DNA of 25,542 nucleotides from a virus. Lineage: Duplodnaviria > Caudoviricetes. Shown one piece after another: positions 16,472 to 24,921 of this stretch (positions are counted from its first letter, which is position 1; every line of letters starts with the position of its first letter). Both the position numbers and the translations under genes were made by a program. The stretch lies in IMG/VR virus record IMGVR_UViG_3300048599_000863, positions 1-25,542 of that record. One strand, 5' to 3'. The notes beneath the pieces were generated by a model. It was not told where the DNA came from. It was given only the letters and a program-made list of their open reading frames with translations, and made no database searches.

Positions 16472-18018
16472 CAGAATACCAGTCTCCGCACCCGCACCCG
16501 GTTCTTTCCGGTGTCGTACTCAATGAACCGTTCCAGGCAGCCGGCAAGGGCATCACAGCCGTCAATGTAACCGTCCGGGTAGGTAAGGAATTGGGAAATC
16601 AGGGTGGGGGTATCCTGGCCGTCGGGAAAGAGGACTTTGCCGGTCTCGATGACGGTTTCGGTGCGCTCGATGCGGAGATTCTTGTTCTCGCTGGTGTATA
16701 TCCGCTTGATCAGGTGGGACAGCGGCATCAGGCCCTCATCCTGGCACCACCGGTCGAAGTCGGCGAACACACGTTCCTGCCCATAGTTGGCTTCCATGGC
16801 GGCGCGGAAACGAACGGAATAGGACTTGTCCATTTCCGTCATGGCGTCGTAAAGGTATCGGAAGAACCGGGTGTTTTCGGTCCGACGAACCCACACCTGC
16901 AGCACATAGAACCGGTTGCCATCGTAACCCGTGACAATGATCGCCTTGTAGCAGCCCTTTTCGCCCCAGGCGGGGTCGGCATACAGCCAAACCCGTTTGA
17001 ACTTGGGCAGGGGATTGTTCCAACGCTGAAACCAGTCATGTTTGAAGATGTTGCCCTCGACGACCGGGACACCCAGCATTTCCCTAAGGTACCCGGTTTG
17101 GCCGAATTTCATTCGGAGGTCGGGCAGTGACTCGGTGGGGTATTGTGCTTCCCAGACTGAGTGCCCTTTGGCGTTTTCGAGGGGGAAGCGCAAAATCGCG
17201 CGTTGTCGGCACCGGAGGACTTGGGCGACAGACAATTCGGCTTCGGTGTAATTCGCGGCCAGATCGCCTTTAATCGCGTCCAGGAATTGACAGATCGCGT
17301 AATTCGGATGCACCAGGTTACCCAGCCAAATGACTTTCCCGGAACCGTCCGGAGAAAGAGCGCCACTAAGCTCCTGCACGATCTTGTCCATCCGGCGTCG
17401 GCCAATGGACAGGTTGCCGATGTTCTCTTCCTTATCGATATCGTCACACACAATGAGCCCGGGCCGGGTAGCGGTGCGGGGGTTAATCGTCCCCCGGTGG
17501 GACTGCTTAATCGACCTGGCGCGAATCCTCGTCTTGTTCCGGAGATAGAAATCCCTGTCATCCTGATCCAGCACTTCGAGTTCGGGGTAATCACCCAGCA
17601 ACCGGCGGTTTTCGGTGAGCTCGTGCCGGGTAAAAGCGGTGCGCTCCTCGGAAAGGTCCACATCGGCAGCGGTGTGGATGACATAGCGTTCGCCCCGGAT
17701 GATCTTCCAGATGGGATAGACCACAGCCATCAGGACGGTCTTTCCTAACCCCCGGAAGCCGGTGATGGCCGTAATACCAGGGTGGGATTCCACCTCTTGA
17801 AACATCACCCGGTGGGCGTCGCAAAAGGGTAAGCCGAAGACGTGCGGGAAATAGGTGCGGGCGAAATACTCGAAGGCGTCCCAACCCTCGCCGTTTGCCC
17901 GGTCGATCCGCTGGGCGCGTTTCTCCCGGGAGTCATCCGAAAACGGCAAGACGGAGACCGTCTTTCCGGCGATCTCCGTCAGGGCTTTATTGTGCTTCTG
18001 GGTGAATGTTCTAAGCAT
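16471..18018 (-). CDS. terL: Terminase large subunit
   Basis: Walker A GFRGLGKT, Walker B LIVCDD, coupling WLGN, nuclease YADPA and DGCDAL. Confidence 0.9.
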   Translation of the reverse strand: MLRTFTQKHNKALTEIAGKTVSVLPFSDDSREKRAQRIDRANGEGWDAFEYFARTYFPHVFGLPFCDAHRVMFQEVESHPGITAITGFRGLGKTVLMAVVYPIWKIIRGERYVIHTAADVDLSEERTAFTRHELTENRRLLGDYPELEVLDQDDRDFYLRNKTRIRARSIKQSHRGTINPRTATRPGLIVCDDIDKEENIGNLSIGRRRMDKIVQELSGALSPDGSGKVIWLGNLVHPNYAICQFLDAIKGDLAANYTEAELSVAQVLRCRQRAILRFPLENAKGHSVWEAQYPTESLPDLRMKFGQTGYLREMLGVPVVEGNIFKHDWFQRWNNPLPKFKRVWLYADPAWGEKGCYKAIIVTGYDGNRFYVLQVWVRRTENTRFFRYLYDAMTEMDKSYSVRFRAAMEANYGQERVFADFDRWCQDEGLMPLSHLIKRIYTSENKNLRIERTETVIETGKVLFPDGQDTPTLISQFLTYPDGYIDGCDALAGCLERFIEYDTGKNRVRVRRLVF

Positions 18019-18460
18019 TTTTCAATCGCAGGTAATCGGCCAGGTCATGCACGTTTTCCTGGAACAGCTTCAGTAGGGTTTCCTGCTGGCGTTCGATCAT
18101 GTAGTCGGTTGCCTGGTCGAGGAATTTCACGATGAAGTCGAGGTATTGCCGACCGGGTTCTGTTGTGTTCTGGCGCGCCTTGAGTAGCGCCACCAGGCTT
18201 TGCAGGTTGGTATCATCGGGATCATCGTTGAAGCGTTGCAAAGCGGTCAGGTAGGCCTTGCGCATTTGCTCGTCAATGCTCTTCTCTAGATCCTGCACGG
18301 TCTCCCGTTCGGTCTTCCATTGCCCTTTACGGATCCAGCCCCGGACAGTGTTCTCGGTCACTTTGAAGCGGTGAGCCAGCTTGGCGGGGTCGGTTTCACC
18401 TTCGGTGTAGGCCTTCTCACAGAGTTCCCGAACAGCACGATAGCGTTTCTCGTTTCCCAT
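18011..18460 (-). CDS. Putative terminase small subunit (N-terminal HTH)
   Basis: LAHRFKVTENTVRGWIRKGQW HTH; immediately upstream of and overlapping terL. Confidence 0.7.
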   Translation of the reverse strand: MGNEKRYRAVRELCEKAYTEGETDPAKLAHRFKVTENTVRGWIRKGQWKTERETVQDLEKSIDEQMRKAYLTALQRFNDDPDDTNLQSLVALLKARQNTTEPGRQYLDFIVKFLDQATDYMIERQQETLLKLFQENVHDLADYLRLKNA

Positions 18461-18463
18461 GGG

Positions 18464-18664
18464 CTACTCGTTCACGGGATCGACGCGGTTGAGTTCAACA
18501 AACTGGTTCAGTTCCTTCCCAATACACCGCAACTCCCCGCCGGGTGTTCTGAAGGCCGGAAGGGGGCGTTCGATTCGTTTGATCCAACGGTATATCGTGC
18601 GGGCATCGACTCTCATTTTGTCAGCGACCTCATCGGGTCGATAGGAGCGATTATCATCAAACAT
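18464..18664 (-). CDS. Excisionase/AlpA-like HTH protein, candidate late regulator
   Basis: YRPDEVADKMRVDARTIYRWIK...LPAFRTPGGELR (HTH_17-like); ATG 18664 with GAGGTG RBS. Confidence 0.8.
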   Translation of the reverse strand: MFDDNRSYRPDEVADKMRVDARTIYRWIKRIERPLPAFRTPGGELRCIGKELNQFVELNRVDPVNE

Positions 18665-18682
18665 AGCAGTCACCTCAACGGG

Positions 18683-18737
18683 AATTTCGCCCTAAGCGCG
18701 GATTCCAGTCAAACCGGGTTGTCGTCTATTGTCGCAG
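18683..18737 (-). promoter_or_regulatory. Putative activator-dependent late promoter 1 (packaging operon)
   Basis: TTGACT with a poor -10 (CGAAAT/GAAATT); 30 bp identical to 13759-13788. Confidence 0.65.
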
Positions 18738-18749
18738 TTACTCACGAAA

Positions 18750-18950
18750 TCACCGCTTTTTCACAGCAATAAATCCCGGGCAAATCCCATTGTTGTCCAC
18801 CACGGCCCCAGCCTTTTCACACCAGCGTTGGGGATGCCCGGAGTGTGTCGATCTTACCCACTGCTCATCAAACTGAACACAGATAGCGCACCGGGCTTCT
18901 TTCCCGCCACCCCTTGGATCATAGTGTTGCTTACTTAATCTGGAATTCAT
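18750..18950 (-). CDS. Small four-Cys metal-binding protein (66 aa)
   Basis: ATG 18950 with GGAG RBS; CAICVQF...WC...GICPGF. Confidence 0.6.
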   Translation of the reverse strand: MNSRLSKQHYDPRGGGKEARCAICVQFDEQWVRSTHSGHPQRWCEKAGAVVDNNGICPGFIAVKKR

Positions 18951-18975
18951 GCCTTCTCCGAACGGATTTCGCTTC

Positions 18976-19194
18976 TCAAAATGACAACACCATCTGCTCT
19001 TTATTCGGGGTCTTCGGCTTGTGGTAATTCGGGCAGCTCTTGAAGTGCACGGCCTGGCTGCCGTCCCAATACTTGTCATGGCCCGGCTCGACGCTTGTAG
19101 CATCGACGGGGATATACTTTCCACCGGTCGTTACGACAAACACAATCGGAGCGCCGCAGTATTGGCAGGTGGTAGGGTGGATGGGTTTACTCAT
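18976..19194 (-). CDS. Small zinc-binding phage protein (72 aa)
   Basis: CQYCGAPIVFVVTTGGKYIPVD...HFKSCP; GGGAG RBS. Confidence 0.75.
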   Translation of the reverse strand: MSKPIHPTTCQYCGAPIVFVVTTGGKYIPVDATSVEPGHDKYWDGSQAVHFKSCPNYHKPKTPNKEQMVLSF

Positions 19195-19432
19195 GCTCGA
19201 CTCCCTTTGTTTGATGGGCCAAGTCAAGGACACGGATCATACCTTCGGCAAAACCATTGATTTCAATGAGTCTTGACCATAAATTCCCCCTGTCGACTGT
19301 CATATTAAGTGTGTTGGCTACATAACCAACCCACCTCTCTATGTGCCATTCTTCGATTTCTGCTGCCAGTTTCCTGACATGATCGAGATTACGATTAGCT
19401 TTTTCGAGCATCTCAATCGTTTGCTGATTCAT
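19187..19432 (-). CDS. Hypothetical phage protein
   Basis: ATG 19432 with GGAGGTG RBS; helical; overlaps the next gene. Confidence 0.65.
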   Translation of the reverse strand: MNQQTIEMLEKANRNLDHVRKLAAEIEEWHIERWVGYVANTLNMTVDRGNLWSRLIEINGFAEGMIRVLDLAHQTKGVEHE

Positions 19433-19492
19433 CGTCACCTCCTCGACTTCATAGTCTTTCCCTCGCGGCCCCGTAGAGCCGCCGGGGGAAGG

Positions 19493-19993
19493 CTATGCCG
19501 CACCCTTGATTCGTTCGATGTTCGGCTCGATGCGCAGTTTGTCGCTGACAATCCGCTTCGCCGAGACCTTGACCAGGACGTCGTCCTTGAGTTCGGCCAT
19601 GGCTTCCTTGTCCGGGGTTTCAACCACCCGCACCATGTGCTCAAAACCGAAAGCCTTGAGGGCTTTGACACAGGATTCGATGCTGGCGACCCGGATGGAC
19701 TTCACCACCCGGTAGGCGATCTTGCCGAAGGTAAGTTCCCGGGTACGTCCGTCAGCGAAAGCGTCTTTGTTGGCTTCGGCGAAGGACTCGATACTCGTTT
19801 CCAGTGCCTTCTGTTCCGTCTTGAGTTCCTCGATTTGCCGGGTATAGTCCTCTTTGATCTCATTGATCCGGAGGGTCTGTTCGCCCTCGATGTCCTCAAT
19901 CCGCACCTGGATTTCTCCCAGGCGTTTCAAGTTCTGATCGACTTCGTTCCAGTCATTGCAGGGCTTGGAGGGAATCGTGCTTTTCTTGGCCAT
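19493..19993 (-). CDS. gam: Host-nuclease inhibitor Gam (Mu Gam family)
   Basis: WNEVDQNLKRLGEI, FAEANKD, TRELTFGKIAYR, ETPDKEAM; AAGGAG RBS; typical Mu position. Confidence 0.88.
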   Translation of the reverse strand: MAKKSTIPSKPCNDWNEVDQNLKRLGEIQVRIEDIEGEQTLRINEIKEDYTRQIEELKTEQKALETSIESFAEANKDAFADGRTRELTFGKIAYRVVKSIRVASIESCVKALKAFGFEHMVRVVETPDKEAMAELKDDVLVKVSAKRIVSDKLRIEPNIERIKGAA

Positions 19994-20004
19994 AATATGC
20001 TCCT

Positions 20005-20589
20005 TTATTGGTTGTTGGATTTGCGATTGCGAGGGTGTTCCGGGGTTCCGCCATACTTCCGGTATCGCTTACCGCGATACTGCCAGGTGTGCCCGGTGAG
20101 GTCATGGAATTCCTTGTTTCCGAATGTGGTAATGAACGCCCGCTCCATGATTGCGATCACTTTGGTCGCCTTGTTCTTCGTACAGAATTGGATGTGGTCG
20201 ATCTTCTGGTATTTGCTGACGAAGTGATGCCAGGCGGTGAAGGAATCATCGGCGGAGATGCCTCGCAACTCGGCGTAACGGCGGGCCAGAACACCGGCAT
20301 AATACACTTGCTTCGGCGTGGCCATGCCTTCAGCGCTCGACGAGTTGGGCGTGATCTCGTCAAGCGGAGTAGTCGGTTTGAGGGGTATATCCCGTTTGCC
20401 GTCACGGGCGCGCAGGATCAGCCGTTTGACTTCGTGCAACTGGTCGATGGTCAGTTCCCGGAGAGACTTCCCGTAGCCCCATTCCTCGAAATACTCGTGG
20501 GCTTCTTCTTGGCTCCATCCGTTCTTTCGGGCCTCAATCATCACAATCTGACGCAGCTTCTTGGCGAGTTCTTCTTGGGCGGGGCTCAT
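20005..20589 (-). CDS. GemA/DUF1018-like phage regulatory protein
   Basis: GKSLRELTIDQLHEV, ATPKQ, KATKVIAIME patterns; Mu semi-essential region. Confidence 0.55.
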   Translation of the reverse strand: MSPAQEELAKKLRQIVMIEARKNGWSQEEAHEYFEEWGYGKSLRELTIDQLHEVKRLILRARDGKRDIPLKPTTPLDEITPNSSSAEGMATPKQVYYAGVLARRYAELRGISADDSFTAWHHFVSKYQKIDHIQFCTKNKATKVIAIMERAFITTFGNKEFHDLTGHTWQYRGKRYRKYGGTPEHPRNRKSNNQ

Positions 20590-21134
20590 GACTTCTTCCT
20601 TCTCGACAAGCAACCGGGGGTGATTTCCGATCCCACTAAATCCAGGTGGGACCGATCCAGAACCACGTAGTGGCCACTGTAAGTGCGTTTGACGGACGGA
20701 ATCCCACCCTGAGTCATTCGATGGAGAACCGGCTTGCCCAGCCGATGCACCACCCGGTAGCCGGCAGGGAGCCAGGCCACCGCATTGATAGACACCAAGG
20801 CGATGAGATAGCGATACGCAAATTCCCGGCTCTTACCGAGATAGCTGCCCAGGGTTCGGATGCCGCCGATCTCGTGTTGGTCTATGATGTCGCAGATACG
20901 TTCCGCACCCTCGCGGGAATACGTGAAGTTCAACGCGTGGGTGCTCCACCGAAAGGCGCTGACATACACCGGTTGGGTTTCGGATATCCGTTTGAGTTTA
21001 CCGGATTGAATCAGGGACTCAATCGCTTTGCCCGCTTCGCCTGGGTCAATTCCCAACATCGAGGCCGCGATCTCACGGGAGAAGGGCCGATGGTATTCGA
21101 CCGCGAAGGACGAAATCTGTTCCTGAATCGTCAT
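20586..21134 (-). CDS. Hypothetical protein with putative tandem winged-HTH domains
   Basis: FSREIAASMLGIDP...LIQSGKLKRI; IRTLGSYLGKSREFAYRYL; ATGA coupled to the ATPase gene. Confidence 0.6.
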   Translation of the reverse strand: MTIQEQISSFAVEYHRPFSREIAASMLGIDPGEAGKAIESLIQSGKLKRISETQPVYVSAFRWSTHALNFTYSREGAERICDIIDQHEIGGIRTLGSYLGKSREFAYRYLIALVSINAVAWLPAGYRVVHRLGKPVLHRMTQGGIPSVKRTYSGHYVVLDRSHLDLVGSEITPGCLSRRKKS

Positions 21135-21883
21135 TGCTTGCCTTCCTTGCTCTTGTCGATGGACTTGCCCAGAGCAATGCAATGATCAAGGGTAAGCGTG
21201 TCGGCCTTGTTGAAAGCGGCAAATTCCTCAAGCAGTCGAAGGGTTTTCATCACTTCGCGGAAGTTGGTTTCTTTCGTGCGGTTATATACCCACGTGGCGA
21301 CGGCGGGATCGGCTGGGACTTCGAGCAGTTCAGCGCAGGTGGCCCGGATATCCGAAGGGGTAAGCTTCTTAAACTCGTAAAAGGCATTACACCGGTCGAA
21401 ATACCGCCGGTTGTGCTTCAACAACCGCTCGTGGGACTTGTCCTCACCCACCAGAATGATGATGGCCAGAGTCTCGTCCACGATGTCCCGGATGGTGTCC
21501 AGGAGTTGCGGCTTCGTGAAGGCGTAGTTCAGTTCATCGACAAACACCACCGCATCCTCATGATCTTCCAGCATCGAACAGCATATGCTGAACACCCTGT
21601 TTGCACTGCCTACCGCAGTCATGGGCCGCCCATGATACCGCAAGGTAAGGGTTGAGTACAGACTCGAAAGGAACGACTTCTGGGTACTGGTTGAGGTGAG
21701 CCGCTGGTACACATGGCCGTTCGAATGTGCGATCCGATTGGCGAATGTGGTCTTGCCCAACCCCGTTTCACCATAGAACAAACCGAGTCCCACCATGTCC
21801 ATTTTCGGGCGTTTCCGAAGGGTATCAATGCTCTTTCGGCATTCCCGGACATTCGCGGTTTCGATCAGGCATCCTTCTTTCAT
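21131..21883 (-). CDS. MuB-like AAA+ transposition ATPase
   Basis: Walker A GETGLGKT, Walker B VVFVDE, IRDIVD, IILVG; start MKEG at 21883 with AAGGAG RBS. Confidence 0.9.
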   Translation of the reverse strand: MKEGCLIETANVRECRKSIDTLRKRPKMDMVGLGLFYGETGLGKTTFANRIAHSNGHVYQRLTSTSTQKSFLSSLYSTLTLRYHGRPMTAVGSANRVFSICCSMLEDHEDAVVFVDELNYAFTKPQLLDTIRDIVDETLAIIILVGEDKSHERLLKHNRRYFDRCNAFYEFKKLTPSDIRATCAELLEVPADPAVATWVYNRTKETNFREVMKTLRLLEEFAAFNKADTLTLDHCIALGKSIDKSKEGKQ

Positions 21884-21893
21884 CGGGTTCTCC

Positions 21894-24026
21894 TTATGCA
21901 ATTCCGAAGCGACCGGGATCGAATCCTTCGGTCTCCTCGGGCTCATCACTTTCTTCCGTAGGCTTCGGCAACTCGGATACTTGGGCCACCTGGATAAGCC
22001 GGGGCTTCTCGGGCTCGAAAAGCGCGGGAGTCTCGTCGGGGTACAGAGTCAGCGGGGTGAGTTGCGGAATGTCCTTCAACAGTTGCTTCGTTTTCTGGTG
22101 AATCGCCTTGTTGAGGTGGCGATGCTCACGGAGTTGGTTCTGGTAATCCAATTCGCTTTGTGGATCGCCGGTAAGCTTCACAAAAGCATGGACAGTATCG
22201 CGCAGATCGGCGGTGCAAATATACCGGTCCCGCTCGTCATAGACCAGAATTTGCCGGATGTCCTCAATATCATACCGAATCACAATCCGTTCGCTGACAT
22301 GAGGTATCAGGTCCCGGTGCCAGTAGAGCCGCCCGAAGAGCCGGACGCCTTCCTTGCCCACGGTGCGGGCCTGGTCGGATAGCATGAGGTAGAACAGGCG
22401 GGACGGTTCAATCCGGCGTTCTTCCGGAATCGGGCTTGATTCCCACTCTTCACGGGGTGTTCTGCCGTTCAGCCCTTTGTGCGGACTGTTCCCGTAGATG
22501 TGCCAGGCCCAGAACTGTACCGCCAGTTTTGCCTCGTCGAGAGTCAACGGCTTGCGTTCGAATATGTTCTGAATCCACTTCTCGTTCCGGTTGAGGTCGG
22601 CGGGTTTATCGGCCACGGATGCACCCCGCCAGCTCGAAAGGAACCGTTCCAACTGCTCCTGTAAGGTCTGAAAAGAGCGCTCGATAGGCTTGGAACGGGC
22701 ATTGTAGGGCCAGGCGAATATCGAATCCATGCCCAGCTTCGCGAAAATCCCGGGGGCCTCGACCTCGAAGTCGGTTTCCGCCGACTTGCCGGTGAACAGC
22801 CTCGCCTTGAACGCCTTGCCGTTGTCCAGGTAAGCCACCCGGGGTGCGCCACCGGCGTTCAGGATCGCGTTGCGCAGGGCTGAATACACGTGTTGACTGT
22901 GTTCGGTGAAGGCCAGTTCGCCACCCACAATCCAGCGGGACTTGAAATCCATCCACGCGATGAAACAGGGACGCTTGGCCTTGCCGGTGATGGGATCGAC
23001 AACATCGAAGCCGAGGTCGTGACCATCGGCCACCCAGACGTCGTTGACCGCCACCAGCGAGGTGTCGCGACGCAGTGAGGGCAACAACACGTTCTGCAGG
23101 TAGGTCGATCCGTACCGGGATAAAGCGACTTCCGCACGGTGATCCCGCTCGTAATCTTCCCACCAACGACGAAGTGTTCGTGCATTGGACGGTGAAAGCA
23201 GCATCTTTTCCCGGGCGGCAGCCTTGAGCAGAGTGATGGCCGACCCGATCTTCGGTGCGTTGCGGTGGAGCATCACCTTCTCAATGAAGGCGGATTCCAC
23301 CGCGGTGACCCGGCGTCCCTGGGCGACGGCGCTGTTGGGTCGGGCCAGGGCGAAGTAATCCCGACCGGAGGCCAGGTATTCGCTCACCCAGACCCGTAAA
23401 GCGCGTTCGGATTTCTCGCCGACCAGGCCCAGCAGTTCGGGAAGCAGCAGCCCTTGGTTGAACAGCTCCACCGTGTCCTGCCAGACCGTCATCTTGGGAT
23501 TCTCGCCGGAATCCAGCAGGGCGGTGATCCGTTCGCAGAGGGTCGCCTTGAGTCGGGCGATACGTTCCTGCTTCGGGGAAGGAAGGTTCTCGGAAGGAAC
23601 AAGTCCTGCCGATGCTGTCCAGACGGAAGGAGCTGGGGCCGGTTCCCTGACGGCGACCGGCAACGGCTCTTTGCGTATGGGCAGGTTCTCGACTGCCCCC
23701 TGGGAACGGGACTGACCATGCGATGCCCCGTCCCCTTGACGTGTGTGGGTTTCTATGGAGCGTAAAGCGGAAGGTTCGTTTGAACAAGCTGTTCGCAGTT
23801 CGCTTGCTTTGGGTTCGCTTGCTTTGGGTTCGTTTGGTTCGTTAGCTTCGCTTGGTTCGTTAGCTTCGCTTGGTTCGTTTGAAAGGCATACCAACCAAGT
23901 GAAACCATGTCCACCGTTTCTTTCCTGTTGTCGGGCATGAATCCGGTTCTTTGCTATCCTCTTCTGGATAGCTCGCTCACTCACTCCGAGCCTTGCGGCA
24001 GCTTCTTTCGTTGTCATCCATTCCAT
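21894..24026 (-). CDS. MuA-like DDE transposase
   Basis: N-terminal HTH (WMTTKEAAARLGVSERAIQKR); DDE residues in WVADGH, YLDNGKAF, KPIERSF; Mu-type C-terminal domain (IRYDIED); ATG 24026 with GAGGTG RBS (ORF extends to 24092). Confidence 0.93.
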   Translation of the reverse strand: MEWMTTKEAAARLGVSERAIQKRIAKNRIHARQQERNGGHGFTWLVCLSNEPSEANEPSEANEPNEPKASEPKASELRTACSNEPSALRSIETHTRQGDGASHGQSRSQGAVENLPIRKEPLPVAVREPAPAPSVWTASAGLVPSENLPSPKQERIARLKATLCERITALLDSGENPKMTVWQDTVELFNQGLLLPELLGLVGEKSERALRVWVSEYLASGRDYFALARPNSAVAQGRRVTAVESAFIEKVMLHRNAPKIGSAITLLKAAAREKMLLSPSNARTLRRWWEDYERDHRAEVALSRYGSTYLQNVLLPSLRRDTSLVAVNDVWVADGHDLGFDVVDPITGKAKRPCFIAWMDFKSRWIVGGELAFTEHSQHVYSALRNAILNAGGAPRVAYLDNGKAFKARLFTGKSAETDFEVEAPGIFAKLGMDSIFAWPYNARSKPIERSFQTLQEQLERFLSSWRGASVADKPADLNRNEKWIQNIFERKPLTLDEAKLAVQFWAWHIYGNSPHKGLNGRTPREEWESSPIPEERRIEPSRLFYLMLSDQARTVGKEGVRLFGRLYWHRDLIPHVSERIVIRYDIEDIRQILVYDERDRYICTADLRDTVHAFVKLTGDPQSELDYQNQLREHRHLNKAIHQKTKQLLKDIPQLTPLTLYPDETPALFEPEKPRLIQVAQVSELPKPTEESDEPEETEGFDPGRFGIA
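23773..23883. repeat. Tandem (G/C)TTCG repeat array within the transposase gene
   Basis: Ten cores: 23774, 23791, 23798, 23813, 23828, 23837, 23846, 23855, 23864, 23873 (15-bp then 9-bp period); encodes NEPSEA/EPKAS repeats. Confidence 0.85.
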
Positions 24027-24084
24027 ATTCACCTCGATAGCAAAACCCTTTATCCCGCCCCCGGTTAGGGGCGAGGTGAAGAGT

Positions 24085-24240
24085 TCAGGCAACTTTGCTT
24101 ACTACCTTGCGTAAGGTTTTGATCTCTTCATCCAGGGAGTCGATAATTCGGCGCAGGGTGCCGTTCTCCTCTACTTTCATCCAAAGCAGGGGTACGCTTA
24201 CCAGGACATATAGACCGAGAAGAGCGATAATCAGGTGCAT
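24085..24240 (-). CDS. Small membrane-anchored coiled-coil protein (51 aa)
   Basis: AAGGAG RBS; MHLIIALLGLYVLVSVPLLW TM helix then LRRIIDSLDEEIKTLR. Confidence 0.65.
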   Translation of the reverse strand: MHLIIALLGLYVLVSVPLLWMKVEENGTLRRIIDSLDEEIKTLRKVVSKVA

Positions 24241-24250
24241 GATGATCTCC

Positions 24251-24703
24251 TTACTGGTGAGACCGTTGGCTGATTTGCCCGAAAATCGCTTGACCGGCGG
24301 TTGTCGGGTTCTCTTGTTGCGAATGGAGGTTTTCATGATTAAGTGCCCCAAATGTGGAAACGACAGGTTCGTTGCCGAACCCCTTGACGTGGAGGGTCTC
24401 AACGTCACTATGGTTGTTGTCGCCTGTTCCGAGTGCCATTCGGCTATTGGAGCCCTCGACAATTTCGATCTCGCTTTCGTTTACCGATCTTTGGCTTCCG
24501 CTATCAAGTCGGTGGCGGTGAAGGTCGGTGCCGACGTGCAGTTTGACCTGATCTGATTTCTGAACGGTTATCACCGACTCATCTTCGATAATCCGTTCCA
24601 CGTGGGCGAGAACCTGCTTAGCATCCGAAACCGACAATCCGCGGAGTTGCTTGGCTAATTCTCGCCCGTTTTCGTTTATATCGTGGGAAGTGAGGCGGGT
24701 CAT
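24251..24703 (-). CDS. Hypothetical protein; only the first 50 or so codons look protein-like
   Basis: AGGAGG RBS and ATGA coupling; the rest lies antisense to 24335-24556. Confidence 0.45.
   Translation of the reverse strand: MTRLTSHDINENGRELAKQLRGLSVSDAKQVLAHVERIIEDESVITVQKSDQVKLHVGTDLHRHRLDSGSQRSVNESEIEIVEGSNSRMALGTGDNNHSDVETLHVKGFGNEPVVSTFGALNHENLHSQQENPTTAGQAIFGQISQRSHQ
24335..24556 (+). CDS. Zinc-ribbon protein (73 aa), antisense to the early operon
   Basis: GGAGGT RBS; MIKCPKCGNDRF...VVACSECHSAIG (two CxxC). Confidence 0.7.
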   Translation: MIKCPKCGNDRFVAEPLDVEGLNVTMVVVACSECHSAIGALDNFDLAFVYRSLASAIKSVAVKVGADVQFDLI

Positions 24704-24912
24704 AGGGCTCCTCCTACCTGTTCCAGCACCTGCTTGTAAGCATGTTCGGCGTCGCCATAAACGTCGCTCATCAAACGCTCTCCGGTCGAAGTGTTGAGCA
24801 GGTAAAACGGGACCTCTGCACCACCGCCCAGGCAGTACCGCGCCTGGGTGTCACGGATGATCTTCCGATTGACCAGTCTTGCCTTAACCGCTTCGAGGTA
24901 GAGTAGTCTCAT
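24700..24912 (-). CDS. Hypothetical phage protein (70 aa)
   Basis: AAGGGGG RBS; coupled to the downstream gene. Confidence 0.6.
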   Translation of the reverse strand: MRLLYLEAVKARLVNRKIIRDTQARYCLGGGAEVPFYLLNTSTGERLMSDVYGDAEHAYKQVLEQVGGAL

Positions 24913-24921
24913 CTTGCCCCC

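Noticed and set aside
18464-18664. HTH gene as a true excisionase
   Set aside because: No tyrosine or serine integrase in the window; the element moves by DDE transposition
13759-18737. 30-bp direct repeats as att sites of a nested element
   Set aside because: Enclosed DNA holds essential terminase genes and no integrase; both copies overlap -35 boxes before operons
19435-19671. 78-aa minus ORF overlapping the gam 3' end
   Set aside because: Alternative frame of gam, low-complexity Arg/Ser content, no clear RBS
19343-20670. Plus-strand ORFs of 294 and 220 aa
   Set aside because: Antisense shadows of gam and neighbouring genes
24056-24073. CGCCCC/GGGGCG hairpin before the transposase as a terminator
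   Set aside because: No adjacent U run; role cannot be supported
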